Assembly (NCBI GenBank): GCA_038087875.1
Contig: CM075977.1
Location: 97,340,001 to 97,404,000 of the forward strand
Direction of reading: 5' to 3'
Length of the DNA: 64,000 nucleotides
Source of the DNA: Malacoraja senta
Lineage: Eukaryota
Below the pieces are notes generated by a model that saw nothing but the letters and a program-made list of their open reading frames with translations, was not told where the DNA came from and ran no database searches. How positions within the stretch are numbered: the first letter of the stretch is position 1; every line of letters begins with the position of its first letter. The translations under genes were made by a program, and so were the position numbers. Below are positions 1 to 64,000 of the stretch, piece after piece.

Positions 1-849
1 TCCTGTAGACATACTCCCAATTGATGTGATCTCATCCAAAATATGGGAATATTTGAGGGTTTTCCCCACTTTTGAACAAGATGTACCCAATCTTCATGAT
101 CCTAGCATCGCTGGCATTTTCTTTTTATATTTTGTAACATATTTACAATTTCCTCTGGAGAATCAGACAAGATACAGAAAGAAAATATGCTAACTTCTAT
201 TTCTAAGCAGAATATTTCATCTTCAATATGCCAACATTTTCTAGTTTCCTTAAAAGAAAATGCATTTGTGCCACTTGAAGAACCACAGTGGATTATTATT
301 CTTGAACGTGATGGGAACACTGTACCATAGGTCATTTATCCAAGATAATTAAACAAATGACAATATAAGAAACAGCAGAATGCTGGAATCTTGAGGTAAA
401 ACCAAGTGCTGGAGGAACTCAACAGATAAGGCAACATCTGCGGAGGGAATGAATAGGCAACATTTTGGGTCAGGCAAATGTCTATCTCACTACTGTTTTC
501 TCAGTTTAGATTGGTGGCTGCTAAGGAGAGGTTCTAGAGCATAGGGTTGGCAACCAATGACATGATTCTGAAAAATTCGGACAGCCTTTATTTAACCCAT
601 GTTAATTAAAAAAAAATGTTAGAAAGATTTTGAAGAAGGAAACATGGAAAGCAGACAATTTATTATACCGTTGCAGTATAGTAAAAATTATTATTTAATT
701 TATATAAATTAAATTAAAAGATTTCTTGCGGAAAAACTTCCAAAAACCTAGTTCCAAATATTATTGCCCTCAATCATGACCGTTTTCTTACCTGTGCAAC
801 TCTTTCTTAAATTTTCAATTGTCGATCTGGTTCCACTGCACTCTTGACA

Positions 850-3537
850 ATTCTTCAAAAAACCAAATTTTTATTGAATCTAAACATTTATTTTTGCAAC
901 TAAGTTAAAGCAGCATTAAGCCGGAGGCTGCGTTTAGTTCAAGGTTCTGCATACTGCCATCCATTGAAGAGCAGTATCCATTCCACATTCATAGGGACTG
1001 TAGACAAACATAAGTTTTGCAGAAATTAATCTCCATCTTTATTTACAGATCCATACAAAATTACAATGCCAGAATTTAATCTTTTTAACAAATTACATGT
1101 AACTTTTTGAAAAGGCCATAGTATTCATAAAACATTACAGTATAAATAGCTTTTTCTTTGAATTCTTCTGAAGTGAATATGAAGTAGGCTAACAGAATGA
1201 TGTCCTGAAAATTTGAAGGAAAAAAAAAACACCCAACTGATTTAGGGTGAAAGGGGAAGCATTTTGCAGCTGGGTTTGCATTAAAATATGAATGTGCCCA
1301 TTTATCCCCGAGTATATTATAATTTTGGAATGATTTCTAACCTGTACCTTCCATGCACAACAGCGAAAGTTAAAAATCGTCTCAATTTATACAAGTGTAA
1401 CGATAGGGTTTCTTGTACAGGGCATTTGTTCACAGTAAATATGGATGTCTAGTATGTTTGGGCACCAGAGAACTTGTATTATATGGTTTGTTTAAAAAAA
1501 AACATATCGTGGGCACAGGTAATGGAGCAATACAAAATAAACTTATATTTCAATCAAAATTCTGACTGCAGTTCTGACCGCAATTAATCATTACAGGATT
1601 ATTTTGTTATTGGGGGGGAAAGAAAGCTTCAATAATTTATGCAGGACTCTGAAAACTTCAACTCACCATATCTTCCAATTCTCTCCACATCAAGGGTAAT
1701 ATCCCCAAAACAGCTATAACAGACTAATTTTATACATCTTTGCCAGATTTGTGTATGGTTGGAAATTTACTACAAATTCGCTGAATATATTACAATGGGC
1801 TAAAATGTAAAGTAATAAATTTATTATAACATTTCACTGGTCTATGATCAGAAACATGCTTTTTTTGAGATTGAACTAATGCAAAACATGAAACTGCAAA
1901 ATCAAATGTGCCTATCAAATACAGCAGTTATTTCATTGCAATTATATTTACTGCAGTCTCCTGCACCAGAAAGCTTGCATAGTAGGACTTGGTGCCAACA
2001 TGGATTATGGTGAGCAGACTAGTGAATCAAGATGTGGAACACCATGCCCAACCCATCATGCTCACCAAGAACAGATCACTTCTGCACAGTTGTATACCTC
2101 CATGTGAATTAAATGGCAGGAATTCTAACATAAAAACAGGAATTCTTGATAATTCAATAAACCTGGGACCTTCAAACATGCAAAGAGCTTTAGATCAGTT
2201 TTGTCCAAAAACAAAACAGAAGTTCAGAGGTGAAAACTCCATTCTACATTAAATTTTCAACAGGGCAGGTTCCATCTTTCTGGCGGCAGAACCAAATGAA
2301 CCACGATATGCCCAGAACAAAGTCTCATCAGCTTCATTCGTCACAAGCTGCCTTCTGACCATTTCCAATTATTTACAGCAGACAGTGACTTCAAAGCAAC
2401 CAAACACTTGTGGGATCTGACAGTTCAGTAAAAGTGGCTTTATAAAGTTGTATAGAGATTCATTTACAAAACATTCATTTTGCAGGAAGTATTAATTGTC
2501 ATTTGAATTTTTATTTTAAACTACAGCTCACATTGCAAAGGACTCTGTATTTTTTTAATATAGTAACTGTCTTGTACTACACATTGTGAGAAAAGTTCAC
2601 CAATGCCTGTAGATCTCCACTGACACCCATCTTTTCTGGCTGGCAAATCACTTTGTTTTATGCAATGTAAATTACTTTGTCAACAGGCAAAAAGGAACTG
2701 CCCAAATGAACAGAAAGATGATGTAAAATATTGGGGTAACCAGATGTCTGTTACTTTTTGTATTTGTTTCTACTTAATAAGAATTGTTTGTGATAGTAGA
2801 CTACAAATCAGGGCAACAGTTGTTTGCATGTACTTTACTTGAAGTTTCTGACAACTGTCCTGTTTTAGAAAAATGGACCACATACTTGCTGTTCTTATTA
2901 TATAAAAAGGGTAAATCACTAGGTGTTTTTTTAGTTCAGGCAGAATGTGAATTAATCACATTTCCTTCAATAATGCCAAGCCCAAGAACTGACAACTACT
3001 TGCTAATTAGATATTTATTCTAAAAGCACACTACTTAAGAGATTAGCAGAGTCTAGTATCTCACAGATAATAGATAGTTGGTCCAAACTCAGAAAAGCAC
3101 TTCATGTACAGGATTTTTGCCAATCTTTTGACTATAGTCTTGCTAAGTTTTTTTATAACAAGTACCTCAAATGTCAGCTAGCCTAGAAATACCATTCTGT
3201 TCAAAACTGCTATAATAACAACGGGTGTAACCTGTTAAAAGAGAATCATAAAAATAATCCATTTAAAACAGAACAGAAGAACAGAGGATGGGGGGGAAAT
3301 GTTGCAGTTCATGAGAGAAGCCTAGTGTTTTCTTCATTACTTCTCTGCAAGTACAAATCAATTTTGTAATAGAACACACGTCAAATTTGTCAAATCTAAT
3401 AACTTGTATTTGCATTCAAATGTACACTTTACATTAAAAAAAAATCCCTGCTACAAACGGCATCAATGCAGAGAACTTCCCAGCTTTTTTTTATCAGTGT
3501 ATCATTCTCGTATACCATATGAAGTCTAGTCTGCAAA
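850..3537 (-). other. CDK13: Probable CDK13 3'UTR
   Basis: AT-rich stretch downstream of the stop with no recognisable TE. Its end is inferred from polyadenylation signals only. Confidence 0.5.
870..1043 (-). terminator. Candidate polyadenylation signals (AATAAA on minus strand at 1043-1038, 892-887, 875-870)
   Basis: tttatt occurs on the plus strand at these positions, with U-rich sequence downstream on the minus strand. Confidence 0.45.
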
Positions 3538-62053
<58,516 letters not shown>

Positions 62054-62404
62054 TGACTCCCGCGGCCTCTCTCGCTCACTCGGCGCCGCCGCCGCCGCCG
62101 GACATCGCGGGGCCTGCAGCCGCCACTCAACAACGCCGGCACATCCGGCCTCCGAGGCGAGCGGGCGGCGCAGACTCACAAAATGGCCGTCCGCGCTGGG
62201 CGCCGCCGGACGTGACGTCACGTCACCGGCGTTCAACCCGGAGAGGGGCGAGGGAAGGGGGGTCGCTTCCTGCAGCCAAGATGGCGCTGGGTGAACCACA
62301 ACGCTTAAACCATGTGCTGAAGAACTGCTGCTTTACGCCGAAGATAGGCACCATAGGCTGGAGTAACTCAGCGGGACAGGCCAGCATGTCTGGAGAGAAG
62401 GATT

Positions 62405-62440
62405 GGGTGACGTTTCGGGTCGAGACCCTTCTTCAGACTG
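62405..62440 (-). ncRNA. Minimal hammerhead-ribozyme-like motif in a Penelope-type terminal repeat (best-preserved copy)
   Basis: Minus strand reads CUGAAGA-A-GGGU(CUCG)ACCC-GAAA-CG-UC: a conserved core, helix II and a palindromic minimal helix III. Helix I pairing is short. Confidence 0.6.
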
Positions 62441-64000
62441 AGTCAGGGGAGAGGGAGACAAGAGATAAGGTGTGAAGACGAGACATCAAAGGGAAATGTC
62501 AAGAGTGTTTTATTCTCATATGTCCCAGATAGGACAAATAAATTCTTACTAGCTGCAGCACAACAGAATATGTAAAATAGTACATAACGGGAGAAGAAAC
62601 AAAGTTCATGCACACATACTCAATAAACAACACATATAGTCGATTGTCAGCTGATGGGGAAGGTGACAATGAGGGGAAGGTGACAATCACATCAGTTGAC
62701 AACTGGCTCAATGTGCAATACTTTTATTTATTTATAGCTGTTATTTTACCTTCAATGCCTGCCCCATCCTCTGTACCTGTTTTCTTTTTTTAATCGCTTA
62801 AAATGTTTTGTCTTCGTTTTATGGGAGAAAATGTCACATTCCAACCCATGATTCAATTGAAGGCAAAAAACAGGTGTTGAAGCAGGTCATACATATTTTG
62901 ATCTATGATTACCTAAATTGTCACAAATTACGATGCACTATCATTTTAATACCCAGATGATGTGATACGATAGAACTTTATTCATCCCAGGAGGGAAATT
63001 GATCTGCCAACAGTCATAAAAACACAAAATACATGACACATGAAACATACAAAAGGTATTTACATCTACCGCGATATGGGTTCCAGAGATTACAAAAAAG
63101 CAAAACATTAGCGCGAAACACAATTGGAAAGAAACACAAGTCTGCGGCAGTGAAAGAGATGTTTCGTGTTCTGTTGTCAAGATTTGCAGTTTGGTTCGAG
63201 GACATGTCGTTTTAAGAAAATTGCTGCTCTTGGCCTGGTGATGTGAGACTTAAGGCTTCTGTACCATCTGCCCAAAGGATGCAGTGAGAAGAGGGCATGG
63301 CCTGGGTGGTGGGATCCATTAGAATGGATGCCACCTGCGTGAGGCAGTGCCTCATGCATATGCTTCGATGGAGAGAGCTGTGCCTGTGATGGGCCAGGCT
63401 GAGTCCACCATTCTCTGTAGACTAGATATGTAGGAAGGAACTGCAGATGCTGGTGTAAAGCGAAGATAGACACAAAAAGTTGGAGTAAGTCAGTGGGTCA
63501 GACAGCATATCTGGTGAAAAGGAATAGGTGACATTTCGGGTCAAGATGAAGAAGTCATGATCTTATTGAATTTCTAGCCTGAAGAAGGGTCTCGACTCGA
63601 AACATCGCCTATTACTTTTCTCCAGAGATGCTGTCTGACCTGCTGAGTTACTCCAGCTTTTTGTGTCTATTCTTTGTCTATTCTTGTGCAATGGTGAGTT
63701 GGAATTGCCATTTCAGGGCATGAAACAATCAATTCAGGATACTTTCTATAATGCATTTGGAGAAATTTGTTAAGCGTATTTGGTGATATGTGGAATATCT
63801 TTAAACTTCTTAAAAGGTAGAAGCGCTGCGCATATTCTTCATAATTACATCTATGTGTTGGGCCCAGGACAGGTTGAAATGGGTAGAACTTTGAGTATTA
63901 GGACAGATTGTAATCATGGGCATCAGTCAGGAAGTTGAGAGTTGAGGTCAAAAATCAGATCAACCATGATTGTAGTGGAAGATTTTTACATCGTTCAAGA

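Noticed and set aside
1-350. Possible exon of a neighbouring gene (such as MPLKIP) at the window start
   Set aside because: No translated frame I checked resembles a protein I recognise, and there is no convincing splice structure.

Overview
This is eukaryotic genomic DNA, not prokaryotic. The repeat complement (CR1/HER1-type LINEs, Penelope-like elements, DeuSINE-like remnants) suggests a cartilaginous fish, probably a skate or ray; this is inference. The window holds nearly the whole CDK13 gene on the minus strand, from the ATG at 62053 to the stop at 3538. I located 13 intact GT-AG exons, a CpG-island promoter and a probable long 3'UTR. Exon 4, which should carry the kinase Gly-rich loop, is present only as a corrupted remnant beside a 200-N assembly gap. 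The introns are rich in transposable elements: an intact-looking Passport-like DD34E Tc1, Harbinger- and hAT-like MITEs, CR1, L1/Tx1, Rex/Babar, and Penelope fragments with many hammerhead-ribozyme-like motifs. The most unusual signals are host-gene pieces inside repeats: a decayed ZFP36/TTP-family fragment enclosed by 23-bp inverted repeats, and three histone H1 globular-domain fragments, two of them fused at the same point to the Penelope/hammerhead-type repeat. All calls were made by eye, with no database searches. Exon boundaries were counted from the sequence; repeat boundaries are approximate.
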